Origin: Treponema sp.
Lineage (GTDB): Bacteria; Spirochaetota; Spirochaetia; Treponematales; Breznakiellaceae
NCBI GenBank assembly: GCA_031256635.1
Contig: JAIRQF010000081.1
Location: 458-64,457, forward strand
Length of the DNA stretch: 64,000 nucleotides
Reading direction: 5' to 3'
The position numbers were made by a program, and so were the translations under genes. Of the stretch, positions 50,014 to 59,076 are shown piece by piece. Position 1 is the first letter of the stretch, and every line of letters starts with the position of its first letter. The notes beneath the pieces are model-generated. The model ran no database searches and was not told the origin of the DNA. It saw nothing but the letters and a program-made list of their open reading frames with translations.

Positions 50014-50120
50014 TGTCCTGTTATATTCAAATGACGGATTGTACAGTTAAGTTAATTCCTTATGTAATAAGGAATTAACGCATTTTGTTATTTTGCAAAC
50101 CGAATAAGACAGAACACTAA
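50010..50120. mobile_element. 111-bp MITE-like element, copy C (core in opposite orientation)
   Basis: Core is the reverse complement of copies A and B; left end contains the upstream gene's TAA. Confidence 0.85.
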
Positions 50121-50143
50121 ATCACAGCATCATACTATTTTTC

Positions 50144-50211
50144 TTGACAGCAGGGGATGAACGCGTACATTATTAATTATAGCTTAAAAAAATCAAAATA
50201 AAGCTATAATT
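50144..50211 (+). promoter_or_regulatory. Promoter and inverted-repeat operator of the sugar ABC operon
   Basis: TTGACA-16-TACATT, followed by AATTATAGCTT-N15-AAGCTATAATT. Confidence 0.55.
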
Positions 50212-50238
50212 TTCATATTTTTTCAGGAGGATTGAAAA

Positions 50239-51507
50239 ATGAAGAGAGTCGGAATTATTGTATTGGCTTTGATTTTCTGCGCGTCAATGGTTTTCGCAGG
50301 CGGTAACAGGAATACCGGAACTACCGGAGCCAAAGAAATTACCATTATGCACGGTAAAATTGAAACTGATGCGGCGCTTAAGGCATATGCGGCGCTTTAT
50401 GAAAGGCAAACCGGCATTAAAGTCAATGTCAGAAGCGTAGGCGGAGATCAAAGATTGGATGTAGTTTTAAGATCAATGCTGGCAGCAGGCGAAGAACCTG
50501 AGATCATTTGTATAGCAGGTAAGGCTGGATATGAGGAACATCTTCAGGGTAACAGGATTACGGACCTTTCGGATCAACCGTGGGTAAAAGATACAAGCGT
50601 TGCCTTTGTCGATCAATTTGGCAGAACTGTCGGATTTCCTTTAGCAATTGAAGGCTGGGGACTTGGTTATAATAAATCTATACTTGACAGAGCAGGAATT
50701 AATCCCGCTACTCTTACAAATATAAACGCCATCAAGTCTGCGTTTGAAAGAATTGATTCCATGAAAGATCAGCTCGGTATTGAAGCTGTTGTTTCAATGG
50801 CGGCAGGCCCGGATTTAATGTGGGTTCCCGGTGATCACGGTACAAACACTTACCTCGCGCTCGGCGTTCCGTACAATAGTTCAAGGTACCTTGATATGAT
50901 GCTCAGGGGAGAAGCAGATACTACCCGCCTTACAGCGTTTGGTGAATATATGGATCTTCTGTTCAGGTATTCAAACAGGACTACCCTTCTTGCAGGCGGT
51001 TACGATCAGCAGGTCGGCGAATTTGCATTGGGAAGAACTGCGTTCATTCATCAGGGTAACTGGATTGATCCCAACCTGGCTGATTTCGGAGCCAGATTTG
51101 AAGTTGGCTATGCGCCCCATGCGATGCTTCCCGAAAACACAGACGGTATTTTTGTTGGAGCTCCGTGGTATTACATTATAAACGCAAAATCAGCCAATGT
51201 TGAAGAAGCCAAGAAATTCCTCACCGCAATGGCATCTACCCGCGAAGGTCATGAATACATGGTCACCAATGCAGGAATGATTCCCGCGTTTAAATCTGTA
51301 ACACTTACTCCTTCCGGCGGATTCTCAAAAGCCGTTCAGGCGTATTCAAATCAGGGCAAGGTTTATCCATGGCTTCAGAATGATATGCCAACCGGTTTTG
51401 GTCAGGAAAGGCTTGGACCGATTTACAATCAGCTTGCATCAGGAAGTATTAATGTGCAGAGGTTTGTAGAATTATTCAGAAACGCTGTCGCTTCCCTTGA
51501 CAGGTAA
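50239..51507 (+). CDS. Carbohydrate ABC transporter substrate-binding protein
   Basis: VFA-GG signal; GLGYNK, AFIHQGNW; followed by two permeases. Confidence 0.9.
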   Translation: MKRVGIIVLALIFCASMVFAGGNRNTGTTGAKEITIMHGKIETDAALKAYAALYERQTGIKVNVRSVGGDQRLDVVLRSMLAAGEEPEIICIAGKAGYEEHLQGNRITDLSDQPWVKDTSVAFVDQFGRTVGFPLAIEGWGLGYNKSILDRAGINPATLTNINAIKSAFERIDSMKDQLGIEAVVSMAAGPDLMWVPGDHGTNTYLALGVPYNSSRYLDMMLRGEADTTRLTAFGEYMDLLFRYSNRTTLLAGGYDQQVGEFALGRTAFIHQGNWIDPNLADFGARFEVGYAPHAMLPENTDGIFVGAPWYYIINAKSANVEEAKKFLTAMASTREGHEYMVTNAGMIPAFKSVTLTPSGGFSKAVQAYSNQGKVYPWLQNDMPTGFGQERLGPIYNQLASGSINVQRFVELFRNAVASLDR

Positions 51508-51528
51508 TTTTAGCTAAGTACAGAAATT

Positions 51529-51574
51529 AAAAACAGGAGCATTGTTCTGAATTGAACAATGTTTCCTGTTTTTT
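51529..51574 (+). terminator. Intergenic stem-loop (partial terminator or mRNA stabiliser) after the binding-protein gene
   Basis: AAAAACAGGAGCATTGTTC-TGAATT-GAACAATGTTTCCTGTTTTT. Confidence 0.7.
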
Positions 51575-51596
51575 GCGTTTTATTTAAGGAGGAGAT

Positions 51597-52517
51597 ATGG
51601 GTTCGGCTCGCATAAAAAGTAAGCCGCGGTACGACTTAACTTTTTTCCTTTTCTTATTTCCTTCGGTATTTGCTTTCATAATGGTTATTATCATTCCGTT
51701 CTTTATGGGGATTTATTTTTCCTTTACTGACTGGATTGCAATAACAGGCGCTAAAACTACATTTGTTGGGCTTAAAAATTACTTTACTGTACTTAAAGAT
51801 GTCACCTTTCTTAATTCTTTCATAGTTACAATAATTTATGCAATTTTAAACATCGCAATGATTAATATATGCGCGTTTTTCCTGGCGCTTTTGGTAACTC
51901 AAAAATTAAAATTTTCAAATTTTTACCGCGCGGGTTTTTTCCTTCCAAATCTTATCGGCGGTATAATATTAGGCTATATTTGGCAGTTTATTTTCAATAA
52001 CGCCATACCTGCTTTCGGTAAATTGATTGAGTTTAACTGGCTAAGGGAAAATTTATTTTTAATAAACAGAAATTTAGCCATGCTTGCGATTGTCGCTGTC
52101 GGCACATGGCAGTACGCCGGTTATATCATGATGATTTATGTCGCCGCGATACAGGGGATACCTGAATCATTGCTTGAAGCCGCGGAAATTGACGGAGTAA
52201 GTTCCGGGCAGCGTCTGCGATATATTATCTTCCCGCTTGTCGCTCCCGCATTCACAATTTCCATGTTTCTTACGCTTGTTAACTCGTTTAAACAGTTCGA
52301 TGTAAATTACGCGCTGACGAATGGCGGGCCGTCGGGCATGTTTATGGACAGGGTCGTTATGACTACAGAGTTTCTTGCGTTAAATATTTATAAATCGGCT
52401 TTTGCATACAATCAGCTCGCGCAGGGACAGGCCAAGGCGGTTATTTTCTTTATTGTGCTTGCGGTTATTTCCATCATTCAGGTAAGAGCCAACAAAAAGA
52501 GGGAGATTGAAATGTGA
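51597..52517 (+). CDS. Carbohydrate ABC transporter permease (MalF-like)
   Basis: FVGLKNY, EAAEIDG (EAA loop), TNGGP. Confidence 0.92.
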   Translation: MGSARIKSKPRYDLTFFLFLFPSVFAFIMVIIIPFFMGIYFSFTDWIAITGAKTTFVGLKNYFTVLKDVTFLNSFIVTIIYAILNIAMINICAFFLALLVTQKLKFSNFYRAGFFLPNLIGGIILGYIWQFIFNNAIPAFGKLIEFNWLRENLFLINRNLAMLAIVAVGTWQYAGYIMMIYVAAIQGIPESLLEAAEIDGVSSGQRLRYIIFPLVAPAFTISMFLTLVNSFKQFDVNYALTNGGPSGMFMDRVVMTTEFLALNIYKSAFAYNQLAQGQAKAVIFFIVLAVISIIQVRANKKREIEM

Positions 52518-53383
52518 TGAAAATAAAAAAAATCTTCATTCTTGAAATTGCCGCCATGGTACTTTTTATTATTTACATGATACCATTTGTGCTTGTTATC
52601 ATGAACGCATCAAAGCCATCAATACGGATTATTGCGGATCCAATAGCATTACCTGAAAATCCCATGCAAATATTTACAAATATTAAAACGGTGTTTGTGA
52701 GTCCCAATGTTCGTTATCCAGCATCGTTCATTACTTCTTTTATAATAACTGTGATTTCAGTGGTTCTTCTTGTGTTAATTTCTTCAATGGCAGCCTGGGT
52801 TCTTGTACGTTATAAAACAAAATTGTCTGGCATAATATTTCTTGTGTTTGTATCTGCAATGGTTATCCCTTTTCAGGTTGTAATGTTTCCGCTTGTTTCA
52901 TGGTTTCGCATGATAGAAGTTGCGCTGGGTCTTACAGGATCGTTTCGGCTTCTTCAGAATTATCCGGGAATAATTTTCGCGTATCTGGGTTTCGGCTGTT
53001 CGCTTTCAATATTCCTTTTCCACGGTTTTATCAAGACAGTTCCCCTGGAACTGGAAGAAGCTGCAACAATCGACGGCTGTTCAAAACCGGCCGTATTTTT
53101 TAAGATTGTTTTCCCGATACTTACTCCAATTACAGTTACCGTAATTATTTTAAACAGCATGTGGATTTGGAACGATTTTCTCCTTCCATTGCTGGTACTT
53201 GGCGGCGGAAACAAGGTTCAGACATTACCGCTTGGCGTTGCTAATTTTGTCGGCTCATTTTTACGAAGGTGGGATTTAATCCTTACATCAACCTTAATGG
53301 CGATGCTGCCTGTAATAATTTTATTTTTATTTCTACAAAAATATATCATTAAGGGAATCGTAGACGGCGCTGTAAAAGGGTAA
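52514..53383 (+). CDS. Carbohydrate ABC transporter permease (MalG-like)
   Basis: ELEEAATIDG, WNDFLLP, GAVKG. Confidence 0.92.
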   Translation: MMKIKKIFILEIAAMVLFIIYMIPFVLVIMNASKPSIRIIADPIALPENPMQIFTNIKTVFVSPNVRYPASFITSFIITVISVVLLVLISSMAAWVLVRYKTKLSGIIFLVFVSAMVIPFQVVMFPLVSWFRMIEVALGLTGSFRLLQNYPGIIFAYLGFGCSLSIFLFHGFIKTVPLELEEAATIDGCSKPAVFFKIVFPILTPITVTVIILNSMWIWNDFLLPLLVLGGGNKVQTLPLGVANFVGSFLRRWDLILTSTLMAMLPVIILFLFLQKYIIKGIVDGAVKG

Positions 53384-53422
53384 ATTCTTGACTTATGGTC
53401 AAAAAAGTAGTATTTTAGTAGC

Positions 53423-53656
53423 ATGATTACAAAGACAAAAAAGTCTGTTTCTCTGTCAAATTCACTGCTGGAAGAACTCGCCTCTGTTAACCAAAATATG
53501 AATATTTCGCAATTTATTGAATCCGCGGTTATTCATTATATTAATGAATTAAAACGGCAGGAACGGATTAAAAATGATATTAAAATAATTAATGCCAACG
53601 CAGAACGTTTTAAGAAAGAAGCGGAAGAGAATCTTGAATTTCAGGATGAATCATGA
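53423..53656 (+). CDS. Putative ribbon-helix-helix antitoxin
   Basis: KKSVSLS...NISQFIESAV; overlaps the downstream toxin (ATGA). Confidence 0.7.
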   Translation: MITKTKKSVSLSNSLLEELASVNQNMNISQFIESAVIHYINELKRQERIKNDIKIINANAERFKKEAEENLEFQDES

Positions 53657-53979
53657 AACGGGGAGAATTATATCGTGTTTTTTCAGCATCCAAAACAGAT
53701 ATAAAAAAACATAGGGTATATGTGATTGTGTCAAGGCAAGAACTGATTGATAATACATACTCAACAATAATTTGCGCTCCAGTTTACACAAACTATGATG
53801 GTTTAAGTACTCAGGTTCAGGTTGGCATTGAAGAAGGATTAAAACATCAAAGCGCAATACGCTGCGATGAACTTATCAGTATTTTAAAAACAAGGCTGAC
53901 AGATTATATAGGTTTTTTGTCTGACAAGAAGCTTTATGAAATGGCACAGGCGCTATCTATTGCAATCGGTATTTTTTAA
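53653..53979 (+). CDS. PemK/MazF family toxin
   Basis: MKRGELYRV...RVYVIVS...GLKHQSAIRCD.L.SI..RL...IG.L. Confidence 0.85.
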   Translation: MKRGELYRVFSASKTDIKKHRVYVIVSRQELIDNTYSTIICAPVYTNYDGLSTQVQVGIEEGLKHQSAIRCDELISILKTRLTDYIGFLSDKKLYEMAQALSIAIGIF

Positions 53980-54037
53980 ATTTCTTAGCCTTATCTTCTT
54001 TGTTGACAGAATCCCAATCCCCTCCTAAACTTATTGT

Positions 54038-56584
54038 ATGAACATATCCACATATACAGTTAAACCAAAGCTTCCTCCGGTTTTGAAGCCTTTGGAGGAG
54101 ATTGCCCACAATCTCTGGTTATCATGGAATTATGACGCGGTTCAGCTTTTTATCAGGCTGGATTATGATAGCTGGCTGGAGTCTCATCAAAGCCCTGTGC
54201 GGACTCTGGGAATGGTAAGTCAGGAAAGGCTTGCGCAGGTAGTTAAGGACGATTCCTATCTTGCGGCGCTCAAGGAAGTTTACGGACGGTTTCTACAGTA
54301 TAAAAAAAGGGAAACATGGTACCGCGGCAGCCATAAGGATGTAGTGGCCTATTTCTCCATGGAGTACGGAATGGACGCCTCTCTTCCGATTTATTCAGGC
54401 GGCCTTGGTATTCTGTCAGGGGATCATATGAAAACTTCTTCGGATATGGATCTGCCTCTTGTCGGGATCGGGCTGTTGTACCGGCAGGGTTATTTTAAGC
54501 AAATGTTGAACGCTGACGGTTATCAGCAGGAAGGCTACCCTGAGAACGACTGGTATAATATGCCGGTAGAGAGAAAGAACGGCAAGGACGGACAGCCGTT
54601 AAAAATTACTGTGGATTTGGCAGGAAAGCAGGCGGTTGCCCAGATTTGGGAAGTCAAAGTAGGCCGCTCTTCGCTTTATTTATTGGATACCAATATTGAT
54701 GAAAATTCGCAGGATATCCGCAATGTTACCGCGGCTCTTTACGGCGGCGATAAAGAAACCCGAATGCAGCAGGAGATTCTTCTTGGTATAGGCGGTATCC
54801 GCGCTTTACGCGCGCTTGGAATTAATCCCGCCGCTACCCACATGAACGAAGGACATTCAGCGTTTCTCGGACTTGAACGTGTCCGCGAAATCATGGGCGA
54901 GAAAAGCTTCTCTTTTGAAGAAGCCCGCGAAGCGATATGGCCGACTAATATTTTTACTACCCATACTCCGGTTCCGGCAGGAAACGAACGCTTTGATATT
55001 CCCATGATGGAAAAATATTTCCGCAGCTGGCCGCAAGTGCTTGGCATTTCCTGGAAAGACTTCGTCGGACTTGGGAGAATAAATGTTAACGATGATCGTG
55101 AAACTTTCTGCATGACGGTTCTCGCTCTAAAAATGGCGGCTTACGCCAACGGAGTTGCGAAACTTCACGGAGTCGTATCGCGCGATATGTGGAAAGATAT
55201 GTGGCCAAGGCTTCCGTTAAACGAAGTTCCAATCGGGCATGTTACAAACGGCGTTCATACCCGCACATGGATTTCTTCCGGTATGCTTGATTTATTAGAC
55301 CGTTATTTTGGCCCTCAATTTGAAGACAAACCTACAGAGCTGTCAATCTGGGAGAGAATGGATCGTATCTCCGATGAAGAGCTGTGGCGCACGCATGAAC
55401 GCCGCAGGGAACGGCTTGTCGCCTTTGCGCGCGAGCGAATCCGCGAGCAGTATAAACGCACCGGCGCCATGGAGAGGCGAATCCGTCAGGCGGAAGATGT
55501 TCTTTCCCCTTACGCGTTAACCCTTTGTTTCGCGCGCCGGTTTGCTACTTATAAGCGCGGCAATCTTCTTTTAAGAGACCCCGAACGCCTGTTGCGTCTT
55601 GTCCGTGATAACGACAAGCCTATCCAGTTGATTTTCGCGGGAAAGGCGCATCCTCATGATATGCCGGGAAAAGAGCTTATCCGCGAAATAATTCACTTTG
55701 CCGATAAGTACGATGTTTCAAGCCGGATTGTATTTGTAGAAAATTACGATATAAGCGTCGCCAAGTATTTAACTTCAGGCGGAGATGGTTGGCTTAACAC
55801 TCCGCGCCGTCCGATGGAAGCGTCCGGTACAAGCGGCATGAAGGCCGCGATGAACGGCGTTCTTAACTGTTCAATTCTGGACGGCTGGTGGGACGAAGCG
55901 TATAATCCGGAAGTGGGCTGGGCAATCGGCCACGGCGAGCAGTATCAGGATGAAAGACTTCAGGACGATATTGAAAGCAAAGCGTTATACGATCTTCTGG
56001 AGAGGGAAATTATTCCGATGTTCTACGACAGGGGCCGCGACGGGCTTCCCCGCGAATGGATTAAAATGATGAAGGACTGCATGATGCATATTGGGCAGTC
56101 AATGGCAAGCCACCGGATGCTCATGGATTATTCAAATCAGTTTTACTTCCCCGCGCTTAAAAATTACCGCCGTTTCAGCAAGGATGATTATGCCGAAGCA
56201 AAATCGCTTGCGGCGTATTTCGGCAAACTGCATCAGTCATGGGATAACCTCAAAATTGTCAGGATTGAATCCAACGCCAAACCTGTTATGCAGCGCGGCG
56301 ATATGCTTACAGTTACCGCCTACCTTGATTTGGGCAGTATTTCACCTAACGAGCTGCAGGTTGAGCTGTATCACGGCGCGATATCGAATCAAACCAGCGG
56401 CATAAACCCGCTCGAAGCAAAAAAAGCGGAAATGAAATGGCTGAGGGACGAGGAAAATCTAAATCTGTTCCAGGTTCGCGTTGAATGCACCGATACAGGC
56501 ATGCAGGGCCACACGGTCCGCATCCTTCCCAAACATGACGCGCTGATTCATCCGTACCGGAGCGGTTTTATCAAGTGGGCGTAA
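54038..56584 (+). CDS. glgP: Alpha-glucan (glycogen/maltodextrin) phosphorylase
   Basis: YFSMEYG, YSGGLG, HMNEGH, ARRFATYKR, EASGTSGMKA. Confidence 0.95.
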   Translation: MNISTYTVKPKLPPVLKPLEEIAHNLWLSWNYDAVQLFIRLDYDSWLESHQSPVRTLGMVSQERLAQVVKDDSYLAALKEVYGRFLQYKKRETWYRGSHKDVVAYFSMEYGMDASLPIYSGGLGILSGDHMKTSSDMDLPLVGIGLLYRQGYFKQMLNADGYQQEGYPENDWYNMPVERKNGKDGQPLKITVDLAGKQAVAQIWEVKVGRSSLYLLDTNIDENSQDIRNVTAALYGGDKETRMQQEILLGIGGIRALRALGINPAATHMNEGHSAFLGLERVREIMGEKSFSFEEAREAIWPTNIFTTHTPVPAGNERFDIPMMEKYFRSWPQVLGISWKDFVGLGRINVNDDRETFCMTVLALKMAAYANGVAKLHGVVSRDMWKDMWPRLPLNEVPIGHVTNGVHTRTWISSGMLDLLDRYFGPQFEDKPTELSIWERMDRISDEELWRTHERRRERLVAFARERIREQYKRTGAMERRIRQAEDVLSPYALTLCFARRFATYKRGNLLLRDPERLLRLVRDNDKPIQLIFAGKAHPHDMPGKELIREIIHFADKYDVSSRIVFVENYDISVAKYLTSGGDGWLNTPRRPMEASGTSGMKAAMNGVLNCSILDGWWDEAYNPEVGWAIGHGEQYQDERLQDDIESKALYDLLEREIIPMFYDRGRDGLPREWIKMMKDCMMHIGQSMASHRMLMDYSNQFYFPALKNYRRFSKDDYAEAKSLAAYFGKLHQSWDNLKIVRIESNAKPVMQRGDMLTVTAYLDLGSISPNELQVELYHGAISNQTSGINPLEAKKAEMKWLRDEENLNLFQVRVECTDTGMQGHTVRILPKHDALIHPYRSGFIKWA

Positions 56585-56597
56585 GCCCGGATAAAAA

Positions 56598-56638
56598 GGC
56601 AGTAACCTTGAAAACCTGCCAATAATTAAAACAAGGAG
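56598..56638 (+). ncRNA. Candidate preQ1 class I riboswitch (translational)
   Basis: P1 GGCAG/CTGCC, loop TAACCTTGAAAAC, A-rich tail AATAATTAAAACAAGGAG. Loop CCTTG can pair with CAAGG of the SD. Lies directly upstream of a queuosine precursor transporter. Confidence 0.68.
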
Positions 56639-56644
56639 CATTTA

Positions 56645-57334
56645 ATGTCTAACCAGCCCTCCTCTTTTCGTTACCTTGATGTGGTCGCGTCTTTTTTTGT
56701 CGGTATTCTCATAGTCAGCAATATTGCCTCTTCTGCGAAAATTGTTGACATGGGTATTTCGCTCTTTTCGGTTCCGCTTGCTTTTGACGGCGGTACAATT
56801 TTGTTTCCATTTGTTTATATACTTGGCGATGTTTTAACCGAAGTCTACGGATTTAAAACTACAAGGCGCGTTATCTGGACAGGATTCGCAGCGATGGCTT
56901 TAACCGCGCTGGTTTTTTTTATTCTTGGGGTGCTGCCTGCTGAGTCTTTCTGGGAAGCCGATGTAGGTAATGACGCGTACAACTCTGTTCTGGGCGGAAT
57001 GAGCTACGGCGGGATAGTTCTTGCGAGTCTTGCTGCGTACCTTGCCGGTGAGTTTTCAAATGCCTCCATTCTTTCAAAACTGAAGGTAAAAATGAAGGGG
57101 CGCTTACTTTGGGTGCGCACTATCGGCTCGTCTCTTGTAGGCCAGTTTCTGGATACGATGATTTTTATTCTGATAGCAAGCGCCGCAGGAGTCTTTGGGT
57201 GGGAAATTTTCTGGAGTCTTGTATTAACGAATTATATTTTAAAATGCGGAATAGAAGCTTTAATGACTCCTTTTACATATTTGACAGCGCGCTTTCTTAA
57301 AAAGAAAGAAGGGATCGATGTTTATGACGCTTAA
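56645..57334 (+). CDS. Queuosine precursor transporter (YhhQ/Vut_1 family)
   Basis: LIVSNI..AK, FPFVYILGDVLTEVYG, ASLAAYL, LWVRTIGSSLVGQFLDT. Confidence 0.9.
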   Translation: MSNQPSSFRYLDVVASFFVGILIVSNIASSAKIVDMGISLFSVPLAFDGGTILFPFVYILGDVLTEVYGFKTTRRVIWTGFAAMALTALVFFILGVLPAESFWEADVGNDAYNSVLGGMSYGGIVLASLAAYLAGEFSNASILSKLKVKMKGRLLWVRTIGSSLVGQFLDTMIFILIASAAGVFGWEIFWSLVLTNYILKCGIEALMTPFTYLTARFLKKKEGIDVYDA

Positions 57335-57352
57335 ACACTTATGCGGATTTCC

Positions 57353-58264
57353 TCAGGCGCTTGATTCGCCGCTTATTATTTCATAAAGCCTTTCAAGATC
57401 ATCCATTGAGTAATAATCAATATGGATGCGGCCTTTGTTCAAATCACCGTCAATAATCACTTTTGTTCCAAGCCTTGTGAAGAATTTTTCTGTCATTTCA
57501 TTTATTTCCGGCGGTTGTTGTTTGCTTTTCTTTACAGCGGCAGTTTTTTCTTTACCTTCATTCGCGTTTAGCGCGGACGCCCGTTTTTCCGCTTCCCTTA
57601 CCGAGACATCATTGGCAAGTATTTCCCTGTAGAGTTTTTCCCTTGCCGCCGTATTGTTGACAGAAAGAAGAGCTCTTGCGTGCCCTGAGCTTACCTTTCC
57701 GTCTTCAAGGCTTTTTTGTATTTCCACAGGCAGCTTTAAAAGACGGAGCGCGTTCGCGACAGTGGAACGGTTTTTCCCCATTCTTGACGCAAGCTCTTCC
57801 TGGGAAAGGTTTGAAAAATCCATCAGGTTTTTAAAGGCGGCGGCTTCTTCAATCGGATTTAAAGCGCTTCGCTGAATATTTTCGATAAGCGAGATTTCAA
57901 GCCGTTTTTGATCCGTGTAGTCCCTGATGATTACAGGAACTGTGCCGAGTCCCGCAAGCTTTGCGGCGCGGGTTCTTCGCTCTCCTGCGATGATAATGTA
58001 AGTACCGTCCCCGGTATTTGCCGCGATTATCGGCTGTATTATGCCGTAAATTTTGATTGATTCAGCCATCTCTTGGAGCTCGGTTTCGTCAAAATTTTTT
58101 CGGGGTTGGCCTGGATTCGCGACAAGTTTATCAACCGGCAATTGAACTATATTTTGTGAATTGTCTTTTTTTTCTGTTTTTGATAAAGGATTATTATCTT
58201 CGATATTGTCATTGTTATCCAACAGTGCATTAAGACCCCTTCCAAGGCCGATTCTACGCGCCAT
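57353..58264 (-). CDS. parB: Chromosome partitioning protein ParB
   Basis: LGRGLNAL, QPRKNF, AGERRTRA, ENIQR, HTH, GHARALL. Confidence 0.95.
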   Translation of the reverse strand: MARRIGLGRGLNALLDNNDNIEDNNPLSKTEKKDNSQNIVQLPVDKLVANPGQPRKNFDETELQEMAESIKIYGIIQPIIAANTGDGTYIIIAGERRTRAAKLAGLGTVPVIIRDYTDQKRLEISLIENIQRSALNPIEEAAAFKNLMDFSNLSQEELASRMGKNRSTVANALRLLKLPVEIQKSLEDGKVSSGHARALLSVNNTAAREKLYREILANDVSVREAEKRASALNANEGKEKTAAVKKSKQQPPEINEMTEKFFTRLGTKVIIDGDLNKGRIHIDYYSMDDLERLYEIISGESSA

Positions 58265-59027
58265 TCTTTCCTCCTGTTCTGCGAAGCAATTCCTGGGCCA
58301 GCGCGTTATACGCTCTTGCTCCGGGGCATTGCTTGTCGTAAAGAGAGATTGGCATACCGTAAGAAGGCGCCTCTGAAAGCCTTATATTGCGCGGAATGAT
58401 TGTATTTAAAACTTTATCCTTATAAGTCGCGCTGATGAGTTTAATTACATCGTTTGCAAGGCGTGTGCGCGGATCGTACATTGTAAAAAAAATGCCGCCG
58501 ATTTTCAGGGACGGATTTAAACTTTCCTGTATCAGTTCTGTTGTATGAAGGAGCTGTTTGAGCCCTTCCATTGCGAAATATTCGCATTGCATTGGAATAA
58601 GAACCAGATTACCCGCCGCAAGACCGTTCATGGTAAGCTGGCCAAGGCTTGGAGGACAATCGATCAAAATATAATCATATTTTTCATTAATCGGAGCCAG
58701 AGCTTTTTTCAGGAAAAAATTGCGCTCTTTTTGGTCTATTAATTCAACGGCGGCTCCTGAAAGGTCAGGGCTTGCGGGAATTACGTCCAGATTCGCGGTT
58801 TCTGTCTTTTTTATAACCTCTTGCGGGGAAGCAGAACCTGAGAGCAGTTCATAAATACCGGGGGTGGGCAGGCTGATCCCGATGCCGCTTGTCAGGTTTG
58901 CCTGCGCGTCAAAGTCGACCAAAAGGATGGATTTTCCGGCTTCAGCCATAAAAGCGCCGATATTTATAGCTGAGGTAGTTTTTCCAACGCCGCCTTTCTG
59001 GTTTACAAAGACACAAATCGATCCCAT
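58254..59027 (-). CDS. parA: Chromosome partitioning ATPase ParA/Soj
   Basis: NQKGGVGKTT, DCPPSLG, QCEYFAMEG, LSEAPSYG. Confidence 0.95.
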   Translation of the reverse strand: MGSICVFVNQKGGVGKTTSAINIGAFMAEAGKSILLVDFDAQANLTSGIGISLPTPGIYELLSGSASPQEVIKKTETANLDVIPASPDLSGAAVELIDQKERNFFLKKALAPINEKYDYILIDCPPSLGQLTMNGLAAGNLVLIPMQCEYFAMEGLKQLLHTTELIQESLNPSLKIGGIFFTMYDPRTRLANDVIKLISATYKDKVLNTIIPRNIRLSEAPSYGMPISLYDKQCPGARAYNALAQELLRRTGGKNGA

Positions 59028-59076
59028 GGGTATAATGTAACAAATTAGGTAATATCAGGCAATAGTACGGGGTAAT

